Below the pieces are notes generated by a model, which ran no database searches, was not told where the DNA came from, and saw nothing but the letters and a program-made list of their open reading frames with translations. DNA of 64,000 nt, from positions 416,001-480,000 of the forward strand of contig CP046106.1 of the NCBI GenBank assembly GCA_013343275.1. The letters are read 5' to 3'. This DNA is from Candidatus Nanohaloarchaea archaeon (lineage in GTDB: Archaea; Nanohalarchaeota; Nanosalinia; Nanosalinales; Nanosalinaceae). Made by a program: the position numbers and the translations under genes. Shown here piece after piece: positions 7,995 through 17,324 of this stretch. Numbering within the stretch: position 1 is the stretch's first letter; each line of letters starts with the position of its first letter.

Positions 7995-9185
7995 ATGAGC
8001 GATAAAGATGTAAATAAAGAGAATGACGACGAAGGAAAAGAGCAAGAAGCTGGCAAGGAGCAGAAGGTTCAGTTCCCTCAGTACTTCCAGCAGAAGAAAA
8101 ATGATAATCCGAACTCAACCAGTCTGAAAACTCCTGTTATGAGAGGAGTTGTTGTCTCCGAGTTCGACGGAGACCGTATCTGGGTAGAGGCCTCAGGAAA
8201 CATGAAAGGCCGATACGGAGTAGAGGTACCTAACGGGTACAACCCAGAGGACTTCACACCCGGAACAGAAGTAGCCCTTGACCCAAACACGTTCAAGGTA
8301 ACAGATATTGTAGAAAAAGGAAAAGACGCAGAGTTCGAAGCAATCGATACCGATGTAACCTTCCAGGATATCGGAGGACTTGACCACGTAGTCAAGTCGC
8401 TGAAGTCGAACGTAGGCGCACAGCTTAACGAGGACAAGAGCAAAAAGATGCAGGAATGGGGCATCGAGATGGACAAATCAATGCTACTCGTAGGAAAGCC
8501 AGGAACAGGAAAGACACATCTGGTCAAAGCACTCAGCAACGAGTACGACGCCGACATGTTCATGATTAACGGCCCACAGATGGTCGAGAAGTTCATTGGA
8601 GAAGGAGCCAAGAAAGTCAAGAGACTCTACGATCAGGCCCGTGCATCCGACAAGCCTGCAATCGTGTTCATCGATGAAATTGATGCCATTGCAAAGAAAC
8701 GTCTCGATGATAGAAGGCACGGAGGAGAAGAAGTTGAACGTACAATGTCACAGCTTCTCTCCGAGCTTGACGGCCTTGACACCGAGAAGGACTCCGGAGT
8801 AATCAGCATCTTCGCTACCAACACTCCAGACATAATGGATCCCGCCCTACTGAACAGATGTAGTGCGATTGAGGTACCCGTACCAGATACAGAATCAAAG
8901 GAGGAAATCCTCAGAATCCACACCCGCAGGATGAACATTGGCGACGATGTCAACTACACTGCAATCGCAGAACAGTTCGAGGAAGGATTCACAGGCCGTG
9001 ATATCAAACAGATCGCGAAACAGGCCGCAGTCAATGCCCTTGAGAGACATGAAGATGTCTCCAAGACACAGATCGAGATGGAGGACTTTGAATCAGCCAT
9101 CAAGGATCTGAAAGAAGGTAACATGGGCGTCGAGAAGGACTTCCTTTCAGACGGCCAGGTTCATCCAAACGAGATGTTTGCCTGA
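7995..9185 (+). CDS. AAA+ ATPase, divergent PAN (proteasome-activating nucleotidase)-like
   Basis: FQDIGGL, Walker A GKPGTGKT, pore loop KFIGEG, Walker B FIDEID, C-terminal MFA; ATG 7995 follows SD-like GGGTGA. Confidence 0.8.
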   Translation: MSDKDVNKENDDEGKEQEAGKEQKVQFPQYFQQKKNDNPNSTSLKTPVMRGVVVSEFDGDRIWVEASGNMKGRYGVEVPNGYNPEDFTPGTEVALDPNTFKVTDIVEKGKDAEFEAIDTDVTFQDIGGLDHVVKSLKSNVGAQLNEDKSKKMQEWGIEMDKSMLLVGKPGTGKTHLVKALSNEYDADMFMINGPQMVEKFIGEGAKKVKRLYDQARASDKPAIVFIDEIDAIAKKRLDDRRHGGEEVERTMSQLLSELDGLDTEKDSGVISIFATNTPDIMDPALLNRCSAIEVPVPDTESKEEILRIHTRRMNIGDDVNYTAIAEQFEEGFTGRDIKQIAKQAAVNALERHEDVSKTQIEMEDFESAIKDLKEGNMGVEKDFLSDGQVHPNEMFA

Positions 9186-9282
9186 GTGCAGCCAACGGAG
9201 TTTGGCTGTGCCATCTAGAAGATCTCTGATCTTCGGCCTCCTATTTTAACTTTTCTACTTTCTATTAATTCTCTGTGATAAC

Positions 9283-9522
9283 ATGAGTGTTGACAAACAG
9301 TTTGTACTTGACAAGGATGGTGCAGCAGATTTTCTGCAGGACATAATTGATGCTATAGAGAACAAGGACGCAGTAAGGCTTGAAGGACAGAACTGGAAGG
9401 TCTCTCAGCCTACCGACGACAAAGTACCGGTGAGGATTTTCTCAGATGAGGAAGGCCTTGAAGTCATGTTCAAGGTACAGGGAGAAGCGGCAGAAAAGGA
9501 AGAAGAAAAAGAAGAGGAGTAA
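9283..9522 (+). CDS. Small acidic protein, possibly amphi-Trp-domain-like
   Basis: Helix AADFLQDIIDAI followed by beta strands; no terminal Trp. Confidence 0.55.
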   Translation: MSVDKQFVLDKDGAADFLQDIIDAIENKDAVRLEGQNWKVSQPTDDKVPVRIFSDEEGLEVMFKVQGEAAEKEEEKEEE

Positions 9523-9530
9523 GAAGTATA

Positions 9531-10868
9531 TCAGCCTTCTGCTCTTGAAGTTGTGACATACACGCTTTTCTTATCGAAGATAAATTCCTCTATAAACGCT
9601 GTCAGGTGTACAAGAGCCTGGAAGAAGAAGTAGGCCCACAGAGTTATCGCTGCAATATATTCAACCCTGTAGTGACGTTCTCCCTGCATAAAGTCTTGGA
9701 AGAACACAACGTAGGAAAGTGTGAAAGGTGCTATTCCTGCCAGTGTCCAGAGAAGGCCTGAGTGAGGAATATATGTTGCGGTATTAACTCCTAGATATGA
9801 TAGAACCATCATCGGCATCAGCAGGATCAGAAATGTTGGTACTACTGCATAAAGCAGTGTATAAGCTCCATCTATCCTCTTCGTCAGCGAGAGATCGGAG
9901 TCTCCTGTAAGGCCTTTAGTATGCTTTACAGCTACCTGCATCCAGCCTCGTGCCCATCTCTTTCTCTGGCTCCACCAGGCCTGAAGTGTATCCGGGTTCT
10001 CTTCGTAGGTGATAACCTTAGGATCTACGATAATTTTCTTTCCGGCGTGATGGATTTTCGTCGACATGTCAATGTCTTCTACAAGTATATCCTCATCAAA
10101 ATCTCCTAGCTCATCGAACACCTTACTACGGAAGAAAGCCTGTCCACCTCCAAAGAACGTGAATCCTCCGAAGATCTGACGTGCATAAATATCAATCTTC
10201 TCGGCAATATGGCGCTCAACAGTAGCGTGGAGAGAAAGCAGAGAATCAGTAGGATTGTAACCGAAGCAACGACCTTTAATACACCAAACATCCTCGTCTT
10301 CAAACCATCTAACTGCCCTTCTAACAGCGTTCGGCTTGAAACAGTGATCTGCATCAATACTTGCAATAATATCATTTTCCGCGTACTCAAGAGCATAGTT
10401 AGTGGCCTTGGCCTTTCCACCTCCTTCCTCATCTCTCCTGACTGCTTTCAGAAAGTCATATTCTTCTGCAGCTTTCTCTGCAATCTCCTCTGTACCATCT
10501 GTCGATGCAGCTTCATAACAGAGAACTACTTCATATTTATCTTCAGGATAGTCTAACTCTGCGCAGGCCTCAATAGTTTCTTCAAGCACTTGTGCTTCAT
10601 TGTATGCAGGTATAACTACACTCACAGAAGGTAGCTTTCCTTTTAGCTCTGGTGGTTCTATGTCCTTGAATGAGAAGATTGCTGATACATAGGTTCTGCC
10701 GATAAGCCCCATTAGCGCTATCAGTAGAACCGTATTCAGTGTTCTAATGTATGTGTTTGTAATGAAGCTTGGGCTCAAAACTAGCGTAATCAGTAGTACC
10801 GAGATTGCGGAGTATTTCATAAACTTAGACAGGGAGAAACCCATGTCTTCCGCTGGCTTGACTTCCAT
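9531..10868 (-). CDS. Processive GT2 glycosyltransferase (cellulose-synthase-like)
   Basis: IPAYNE, DAD, EDID, QRKRW motifs with flanking TM segments. Confidence 0.9.
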   Translation of the reverse strand: MEVKPAEDMGFSLSKFMKYSAISVLLITLVLSPSFITNTYIRTLNTVLLIALMGLIGRTYVSAIFSFKDIEPPELKGKLPSVSVVIPAYNEAQVLEETIEACAELDYPEDKYEVVLCYEAASTDGTEEIAEKAAEEYDFLKAVRRDEEGGGKAKATNYALEYAENDIIASIDADHCFKPNAVRRAVRWFEDEDVWCIKGRCFGYNPTDSLLSLHATVERHIAEKIDIYARQIFGGFTFFGGGQAFFRSKVFDELGDFDEDILVEDIDMSTKIHHAGKKIIVDPKVITYEENPDTLQAWWSQRKRWARGWMQVAVKHTKGLTGDSDLSLTKRIDGAYTLLYAVVPTFLILLMPMMVLSYLGVNTATYIPHSGLLWTLAGIAPFTLSYVVFFQDFMQGERHYRVEYIAAITLWAYFFFQALVHLTAFIEEFIFDKKSVYVTTSRAEG

Positions 10869-10927
10869 ATCACATTTTTTCAGCAAAGAAGTTTAATAAC
10901 CAAACGGAGGAACTCAAGAATTTATCC

Positions 10928-11233
10928 TTAAAGCTTAGATCTGAAATGATCAACAATTTTCTCCAGCTTCCTCTCCTTCTCCAGAGTGCTGCTCGAGTTA
11001 AGGAAGTCCTGAACCAGTTTATACATGTAACCGTTCACATCTCTCAGCTCCTCTATACGGGAACCAGTGTCAGGAACCTCAAGGCCTTCCACCTCGTACT
11101 GCTTCTCAACCGCGAACCGGAGGACTTCATACATCTGAAACCTTTTCTGGCCTACATCATCTCCTCCAACAGCACCCATCATTTCATCCAGCTGCTCCGA
11201 GATATCTTCAGAATCAGAGGACATTTTAACCAC
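10928..11233 (-). CDS. Hypothetical helical protein, last gene of gatB-linked run
   Basis: Acidic ORF overlapping the stop of the upstream gene. Confidence 0.65.
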   Translation of the reverse strand: MVKMSSDSEDISEQLDEMMGAVGGDDVGQKRFQMYEVLRFAVEKQYEVEGLEVPDTGSRIEELRDVNGYMYKLVQDFLNSSSTLEKERKLEKIVDHFRSKL

Positions 11234-12125
11234 CTATCTTCTCCTCGATAGCCTGTCGGGCCTCACCGCCATCAGCCTGGCCATTGGTCTCCTGCATTAC
11301 CTGGCCCAGAAGATAGTTGAGGGCCGAATCCTTCCCGTTCCTGTAGTCCTCAACAGCTTCTGGATTCCCCTCAAGCACCTGGTCAACAGCTTCTTCAAGC
11401 GAGAAGTCCTTCTCATCCGGCAGCTCACCATCTCTTTCATAGGCCTGCACCAGTTTCTGCATGTGAGTCTCTCTTTCAGCTCTTCCCAGAACTTCCTCAG
11501 CAACTCCTTCTTCAAACTCAAGTCCATGTCTCCTGAATTCCTCCAGGAGACCAATCACAAGGCCAGTATCAAAACCAGTATTTAACTCACGGAACTGCTC
11601 CTCAATACCAGCGGAGAGAACAAATCTGGCCTCCTCTTCGTCGAGACCTTCATCTTCAAGTTCGCTGATGTCCTCCTCAGTGAACTCCACAATATCTGAT
11701 ACCTCAAAATCGAAGTCTGATTTTTCAAGGCCTTCCCTGAAGTTTTCTGTGTCAATTATTACTCCTTTCTGGCTGTCGCCTGTAGTAAATGAAATTCTAT
11801 TTTCTTCAAGAAGCCTTTGATCGACAAAGTGTTTCAGTTCTGATGAGAAAGGATGTACAGTTCCTGATTCCTGGCCTGTGATCTCCAGCGATTCCTCCGG
11901 ATCCACCAGCCTGTGTTCCCCGAATTTTCCTGCTGAAAGTATTCTGTCCCCGGGGAGAACGCAGTGAAACTTTTCTCCATCCCGTTCAACGATCAGGCTT
12001 TTTGCGATCTGAGAGGTCTCTACTCCTCTCTCCCTTGCCGCGTCGTCGCAGTCAAGCGTTGGATTGTCCTGATGGACGATCTCGTATTCCAGGCCTTTTT
12101 CATCAAGAAAATCGTCGGCCTTCAT
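11226..12125 (-). CDS. YbaK/ProX-family aminoacyl-tRNA deacylase fused to GatB/YqeY C-terminal domain
   Basis: N-term QIAKSLIV and TGQESGTVHPF (YbaK); C-term NPEAVEDYRNGKDSALNYLLGQVMQETNGQAD matches adjacent GatB tail. Confidence 0.85.
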   Translation of the reverse strand: MKADDFLDEKGLEYEIVHQDNPTLDCDDAARERGVETSQIAKSLIVERDGEKFHCVLPGDRILSAGKFGEHRLVDPEESLEITGQESGTVHPFSSELKHFVDQRLLEENRISFTTGDSQKGVIIDTENFREGLEKSDFDFEVSDIVEFTEEDISELEDEGLDEEEARFVLSAGIEEQFRELNTGFDTGLVIGLLEEFRRHGLEFEEGVAEEVLGRAERETHMQKLVQAYERDGELPDEKDFSLEEAVDQVLEGNPEAVEDYRNGKDSALNYLLGQVMQETNGQADGGEARQAIEEKIGG

Positions 12126-12126
12126 T

Positions 12127-13536
12127 TCAGTCCAGCTGTTCCTTCAGCTTTTCGCGGGCGGTTTTTGGATCGGCCTTTCCCTGTGATTTCTGCATTACCT
12201 GTCCTACAAGGAAGTTGAGTGCCTCTTCTTCACCTGCGTGGTAGTCGTCGACTGCATCAGGGTTTTCCTCTACGACTTCTTCCACGAAGCTGTCGATCTC
12301 TGATTCCTCAGCCTTGAGGAGATCTTTTTCCTCGATTATGTCATCAGGTTCTCTAGGGTTTTCAACCAGTTCTCTGAGAAGCTGTTCTGCGTTTCTATCG
12401 GAGATCTGATCTTCGTCGAGAAGGCCGATGATTGTGTTCAGCCAGTGGATCTTCAGCGGAGATTCGGAGTACGTCATGTCGTTGTAGTTCAGGACTTTCT
12501 TCAGGTCTCCCGTCATCCATGAGGCCACCAGCTGTGCATCGTACTGCTGGGCTAGCTCCTCGAAGTGCTCTGCAATTTCAGGATCCGATATCAGCGATTC
12601 AACTATTTTCTCTTTCAGGCCGTACTCTTCCTTGAACCTCTCGAATTTCTCGTGCGGAAGCTCGGGGATCGTCTCTCTCAAGGCCTTTCTGTAGTTTTCG
12701 GATAGCTCCTGTCTTGTAAGATCGGGGTCGAAGATGTATCCGTAGTCTTCCTCCGTTTCCTTCTCTCTGAGTTTCTCTGTGATCTCCTGGTTGGCATCGT
12801 AGTTCCGTGTTTCCTGTTCTACTTCACGGCCTCTCTTCTTCAGCTGTTTCTGTCTTGAGATCTCGTAGCTGAGGGCCTGTTCAATTCCCTTGGTTCCTGT
12901 GATATTCTTGACTTCTACTCTCTGCCCCCCTTCAATCGAGATATTTGCGTCGGACTTTATTGCGAAGTCTGACTCCGGAAAGTATACCTCCAGGTACTCA
13001 AGCATCTGTGCGAGCTGCTGCAGGTAGGCACGGGCCTCCTCCGGAGATTTAAAGTCTGGATCTGTTACGATCTCCAGTAGCGGTGTTCCGGCCCTGTTGT
13101 AGTCTACTTTAGTATAGTTTGATTTTCCGATCTGGCCTCCTTCGTGGACGAGCTTGGCCGGGTCCTCCTCTATGTGCAACCGTGTGATTCCAATGTCTTT
13201 TTTCTCGTCGCCGACCTTGACCTCGAAGCTGCCTTCCTCTCCTACCGGTACCTCGTACTGTGTGATCTGGTAGTTCTTGCTCATGTCCGGGTAGAAATAG
13301 GTCTTTCGTGAGAAAAAGATATCTTCATTGATGTCGCATTGAAGGGCCTGTGCTGTCTTCACTCCTCGGGCCAGTGCCTCGTCGTTGAGTCGTGGCTTGC
13401 TTCCTGGGTGGCCTAGGCATGTTTCACATACATGTGTGTTCGGTTCGTCGGCCTCCCTGTTTGGGCAGCCGCAGAAAAGTTTTGTATCTGTGTCAAGCTG
13501 TACGTGTGTCTCTAGGCCTATTTTTACATCGGTCAT
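12127..13536 (-). CDS. gatB: Asp/Glu-tRNA amidotransferase subunit B
   Basis: IGLETHVQL, RKTYFYPD, HIEED, DYNRAGTPLLEIVT, VEVKN. Confidence 0.97.
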   Translation of the reverse strand: MTDVKIGLETHVQLDTDTKLFCGCPNREADEPNTHVCETCLGHPGSKPRLNDEALARGVKTAQALQCDINEDIFFSRKTYFYPDMSKNYQITQYEVPVGEEGSFEVKVGDEKKDIGITRLHIEEDPAKLVHEGGQIGKSNYTKVDYNRAGTPLLEIVTDPDFKSPEEARAYLQQLAQMLEYLEVYFPESDFAIKSDANISIEGGQRVEVKNITGTKGIEQALSYEISRQKQLKKRGREVEQETRNYDANQEITEKLREKETEEDYGYIFDPDLTRQELSENYRKALRETIPELPHEKFERFKEEYGLKEKIVESLISDPEIAEHFEELAQQYDAQLVASWMTGDLKKVLNYNDMTYSESPLKIHWLNTIIGLLDEDQISDRNAEQLLRELVENPREPDDIIEEKDLLKAEESEIDSFVEEVVEENPDAVDDYHAGEEEALNFLVGQVMQKSQGKADPKTAREKLKEQLD

Positions 13537-13563
13537 AACAAGAAATCAAGCTGCAAGTCTTTT

Positions 13564-14718
13564 TTACTTTTCTCTTCCGTAGCCCATCATCTCGGTCATG
13601 AACTGGATTTTCTCCTTCGCGTCTTCCTTCTCCCAGTCGACTTCTTCTAGGTATTCGTTGGCTTCTTCCGTCAGGTATCTCGACAGGTTCTCCGAGGCCT
13701 CCATTGCAGGGGTGTCCTCAACTATGATGTCGTAGGCCTCTTCGAGTTCGTAGTCTCCTGGATCTTCTTTCTGTATTATCTCTGTCAGGTACTCTCCTTT
13801 CTGGTTGAGTTCTTCATCCGGGTGAGTGTGGAGGAATCTCTCTGCCACATAGATAGGTACTGTGTAGTTGCCGTCTCTGATGTCGGAGAATCTTTCCTGT
13901 CTGAAGTCAAGTACATCGTCAGCTATCTGGAAGGCCTGTCCTGCGTTCTCTCCCCACTCGCGTATTTCTTCTCCTTCGTACTCTGTAGATATTTCTGCGA
14001 GAGATCCTATCAGGCCGAAAAGTTTGGCAGTCTTGCCTTTATCAGCGGTAACCATTCTATCCATTACATCGAGATCTCCACCTAGATAGTTAGGTTTCAA
14101 TCCTAGTTCATCGTCACCGATCTGCGTTCCTGTCAGGTCGAGATTCTGGCCGTGAACCAGGCCGTTCTCAGCGTCTCCAAGAGCGTCCCGGATCTGCTCC
14201 CTGTCTTCCGCAGAAAAGTATTCGCTTGAAAGCTCTGAAACTATATCCCTGTTCCGGGTCTTGATATCGATGAAGTAGTTATTGGCCAGGCTTTCAGCAA
14301 GATCTTCATCGCCAAGAAGATCAGCCATGTGGGCATGAAGCGTTTTCTCACCGTTCCTGACCTCGTCGCCGTCCTGGATATCGTCGAGGCCCTTGGTGTA
14401 GAAATGTATCGTTTCGATCAATGTAGCGACCTTCCCAAGCTCTTCTTCAGGAACATTGGAGTCCAGAGAGTCCACTATCTCCTTGTAAACGCCAGGCCTT
14501 ACTCTTTTCTGGTCGGGAGACAGCATCAGTTTTGCGCCCTGCTTCTCCATCTCGTTCAGCAGATCGTCCTGCTGCTCTACCACTAGGCTGTCCGCCATGT
14601 TGTGAGATATCTCGGCCCAGAAGTCCTCATCGATCATAGGTAGCGGAGGGCCTTCTGTCTCTGCAACTTCATCTACTTCCTCAAGCAGAGTGTTAACGTA
14701 TTCTGTAGAAGCACTCAA
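13564..14718 (-). CDS. Trans-isoprenyl diphosphate (polyprenyl) synthase family protein
   Basis: FARM DDIQD, GQNLD, KTAKLF, SARM FQIADDVLD; TTG start with SD AGGAGGGGAG. Confidence 0.8.
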   Translation of the reverse strand: MSASTEYVNTLLEEVDEVAETEGPPLPMIDEDFWAEISHNMADSLVVEQQDDLLNEMEKQGAKLMLSPDQKRVRPGVYKEIVDSLDSNVPEEELGKVATLIETIHFYTKGLDDIQDGDEVRNGEKTLHAHMADLLGDEDLAESLANNYFIDIKTRNRDIVSELSSEYFSAEDREQIRDALGDAENGLVHGQNLDLTGTQIGDDELGLKPNYLGGDLDVMDRMVTADKGKTAKLFGLIGSLAEISTEYEGEEIREWGENAGQAFQIADDVLDFRQERFSDIRDGNYTVPIYVAERFLHTHPDEELNQKGEYLTEIIQKEDPGDYELEEAYDIIVEDTPAMEASENLSRYLTEEANEYLEEVDWEKEDAKEKIQFMTEMMGYGREK

Positions 14719-14781
14719 AAAGTATTCTCCCCTCCTGAAAAGATTTCAGGCCTGCAAACTTTTTATTTATAGAGCAACCTG

Positions 14782-16143
14782 CTAACCTGAATAGGTATAG
14801 GCCAGATCCAGGATCTTCTGCTCCTCGAAGTGATCACCAACGATGTGAAGGCCTGTTGGCATACCCTGGCTTTCTCCGTTAGGTATAGATATCATCGGCA
14901 TGCCAGCAAGGTTAGGCCCTACTGTCAGAGTATCCATCGCGTAGATTTCTTCAGGAGCCATTGATTCGGCCTCTTCGATCTTGGGGGCGATGTTCGGCAT
15001 TGAAGGAGAGATAACAGCATCGTACTCCTCAAACACTTCCTTGTACTGGTCGATTATCTTCTGTCGGACCTTCGCGGCCTTGATATAGTATTCATCCCTG
15101 TAGCCTGCCTGACGGGTATAGGTTCCTAGAAGAATCCTTCTCTTAGCCTCCTCTCCAAACCCTTCTGATCTAACCTCTGAGAAGTATTCATTGAAGTCAT
15201 CGAAATCTTCAGGATCCATCTCCATGCCGTAACGCATGCCGGACATCTTTGCCAGGTTAGTCGAGGCCTCGCTCATCGCAAGAACATAGTAAGCTGGTAC
15301 TGCAACGTCTGCCGAGAGAAGCGGCATATCAACTTCCTCAACAGTAAAGCCTTTCTCCTCCAGCTCCTGGATAGAGGCCCTGAAGTTCTCCATTACTCCT
15401 TCCTCAACTCCTTCAAGTTCAAGGTACTGTTCTGGCACTGCAATTTTGCCTTCTGCTTCGGAAAGGTTCTCGGAGTACTCAGGTACTTCCTTGCTTGACA
15501 TTGTCTGGTCGTTCTCATCTTCACCGGCGATTACCTCCAGACCTTTTGCAACTCCAAAGACTGATTTGGCAAGGACTCCAATCTTGTCAAGAGAGTTAGC
15601 GTAATCTACAAGGCCATAGCGAGAGACTCTTCCATAGGTCGGTGTGATACCGACTACACCATTGTATGCTGCAGGATTGGTGATCGAGCCTCCGGTTGAT
15701 TCTCCCAGAGAGATCAATGGCTGATCCATTGCTGCGACAACTGCTCCAGCTCCTCCAGAAGAACCTCCAACAACTCTTTCTTCATCGTGAGGATTTCTCG
15801 GCGTGTCGAACGCACAGTTAGTGGAGAAAGTTCCAAAGCCGAATTCGTCCTGATTGGTTTTTCCGTAGAAACGGGCGCCGGCCTCCTTCAATCTTTCAAC
15901 TACTGTAGCATCGAATACCGGCCTGTAGTCCTCCAAGATCTTGCTGCCTGCAGAAGTAGTAACTCCTTCAGTACAGATAGCATCCTTCACCACGAAAGGG
16001 ATATTCTGCAGAGAGCCTTCTTTCGTCTCTCCCTGCTTGATCTCTCTCATGAAGCTCAGTTCTTCGTTTCTATCCTGGAGCTCCTGGTAGAATTTTTCGT
16101 GATCTATTTCTTTCTCGCCTTTCAGAACTTTTTCCACAGTCAT
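14782..16143 (-). CDS. gatA: Asp/Glu-tRNA amidotransferase subunit A
   Basis: Amidase signature GGSSGG, ESTGGSI, GFGEEAKRRILLGTY. Confidence 0.96.
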   Translation of the reverse strand: MTVEKVLKGEKEIDHEKFYQELQDRNEELSFMREIKQGETKEGSLQNIPFVVKDAICTEGVTTSAGSKILEDYRPVFDATVVERLKEAGARFYGKTNQDEFGFGTFSTNCAFDTPRNPHDEERVVGGSSGGAGAVVAAMDQPLISLGESTGGSITNPAAYNGVVGITPTYGRVSRYGLVDYANSLDKIGVLAKSVFGVAKGLEVIAGEDENDQTMSSKEVPEYSENLSEAEGKIAVPEQYLELEGVEEGVMENFRASIQELEEKGFTVEEVDMPLLSADVAVPAYYVLAMSEASTNLAKMSGMRYGMEMDPEDFDDFNEYFSEVRSEGFGEEAKRRILLGTYTRQAGYRDEYYIKAAKVRQKIIDQYKEVFEEYDAVISPSMPNIAPKIEEAESMAPEEIYAMDTLTVGPNLAGMPMISIPNGESQGMPTGLHIVGDHFEEQKILDLAYTYSG

Positions 16144-16194
16144 AGCCAGAGGTTAGGTGAAGAATCTTAAAAATTCAATCTTCAGCACGCCGCA

Positions 16195-16320
16195 CTAATC
16201 TCTCCTAACACAGTCATCGACATGGAAGTTTTTCCCACATGAAGTACATTTCGGAAATAGAGGCCTGTAACCCTGGAAACTCATTTCTCCTCCGCACTCA
16301 GGACATTCCAGATTCATCAT
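16195..16320 (-). CDS. 41-aa CPxCG zinc-finger microprotein (not in ORF track)
   Basis: Hand translation MMNLECPECGGEMSFQGYRPLFPKCTSCGKNFHVDDCVRRD; ATG overlaps upstream TAA (TAATG). Confidence 0.8.
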   Translation of the reverse strand: MMNLECPECGGEMSFQGYRPLFPKCTSCGKNFHVDDCVRRD

Positions 16321-16808
16321 TAATCCTCCAGAAGATGGAACTCTATCTCCTCTTCCTTGGTATCAAGTACGGCTACGGAGAAGCCTTCTTCCTGGCCCGG
16401 CAGCCTGATACCACCAGGATTTAACTCCACAGTCTGGCCATCCTCATCGAGCTTTCTCTCGTGGGTGTGGCCCCGGAAAACATAGTCGTAGTTCTTCTCG
16501 ACGAGGCCTTCCACTATCCCCTCTTCGGTTCCATGGTATACTGCTATCTCAAGGTCTTCGATTTCCAGCTCTATTATATTATTGTGGAACTCTCCGAACT
16601 GCTGAACCGTAGATTTCAGGTTCCATTCGCCGTCGTTGTTCCCTCTTACGGCGTAGAAATCAAAACCCCGATCGAAAAGCTCTGCCGTGAACGGCGCGAT
16701 CATATCGCCGCAGTGAACCACTTTTTCCACACGATCATCGAAGAAATCAGCAGCCTTGTCGGCAAGTTCAATACTGTCGTGGGTGTCGGATACTATGCCT
16801 ATTTTCAT
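16320..16808 (-). CDS. Metallophosphoesterase (YfcE/MJ0936 family)
   Basis: SDTH, HCGD, GNND, HG, GHTH, NPG motifs. Confidence 0.92.
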   Translation of the reverse strand: MKIGIVSDTHDSIELADKAADFFDDRVEKVVHCGDMIAPFTAELFDRGFDFYAVRGNNDGEWNLKSTVQQFGEFHNNIIELEIEDLEIAVYHGTEEGIVEGLVEKNYDYVFRGHTHERKLDEDGQTVELNPGGIRLPGQEEGFSVAVLDTKEEEIEFHLLED

Positions 16809-16817
16809 CAGTACAGT

Positions 16818-17096
16818 TTAAGCGCTTGGGCCTTTGAAATGGCCTTCTTCCTCGTTTTCCGTGTTGCGGAATACTTCCTCTCTGTCAAGAGTCTCCTCTT
16901 CCTCGTCTTTACGAGTCTTCGAGTCGACATCTACAGGATGGAAGGCAGGTTCTACATCCTCTGTATCTACCTCATCAAGTGATGAGAACTTCTCAAGGAT
17001 GTTATCGAAATCCTCCTTGAACTCCTCGGCCTCACCATCTTCAAGTTTGATCCTTGCATTGTCGGCCACCTTCTTTACTGTTTCAATATCTACCAT
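16818..17096 (-). CDS. gatC: Asp/Glu-tRNA amidotransferase subunit C
   Basis: VKKVADNARIKL, LDEVDTEDVEP, GHFKGP; near gatA. Confidence 0.92.
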   Translation of the reverse strand: MVDIETVKKVADNARIKLEDGEAEEFKEDFDNILEKFSSLDEVDTEDVEPAFHPVDVDSKTRKDEEEETLDREEVFRNTENEEEGHFKGPSA

Positions 17097-17287
17097 AGGT
17101 ATTTATTCCGGTTGAAACTTTTAGAAGAATATCGATGAAACACAGCCACAACCTCTATTTCATGTGGAGGGCTGATTATTGAGAGATTTCAGAACCTGTA
17201 AGGCTATTTTAGAGATAATATGAACGGTCGTGAACAATCAGTGTTAACTGCGAGCGAACATCGATTGTATGGCTAAATGGCCGAAGA

Positions 17288-17295
17288 TTTATAAA
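17288..17295 (+). promoter_or_regulatory. Putative TATA box upstream of structured ftsZ leader
   Basis: TTTATAAA preceded by purine-rich BRE-like CGAAGA. Confidence 0.5.
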
Positions 17296-17324
17296 CAAGC
17301 TTAGAAAATGTTAGAGTATAAGAC

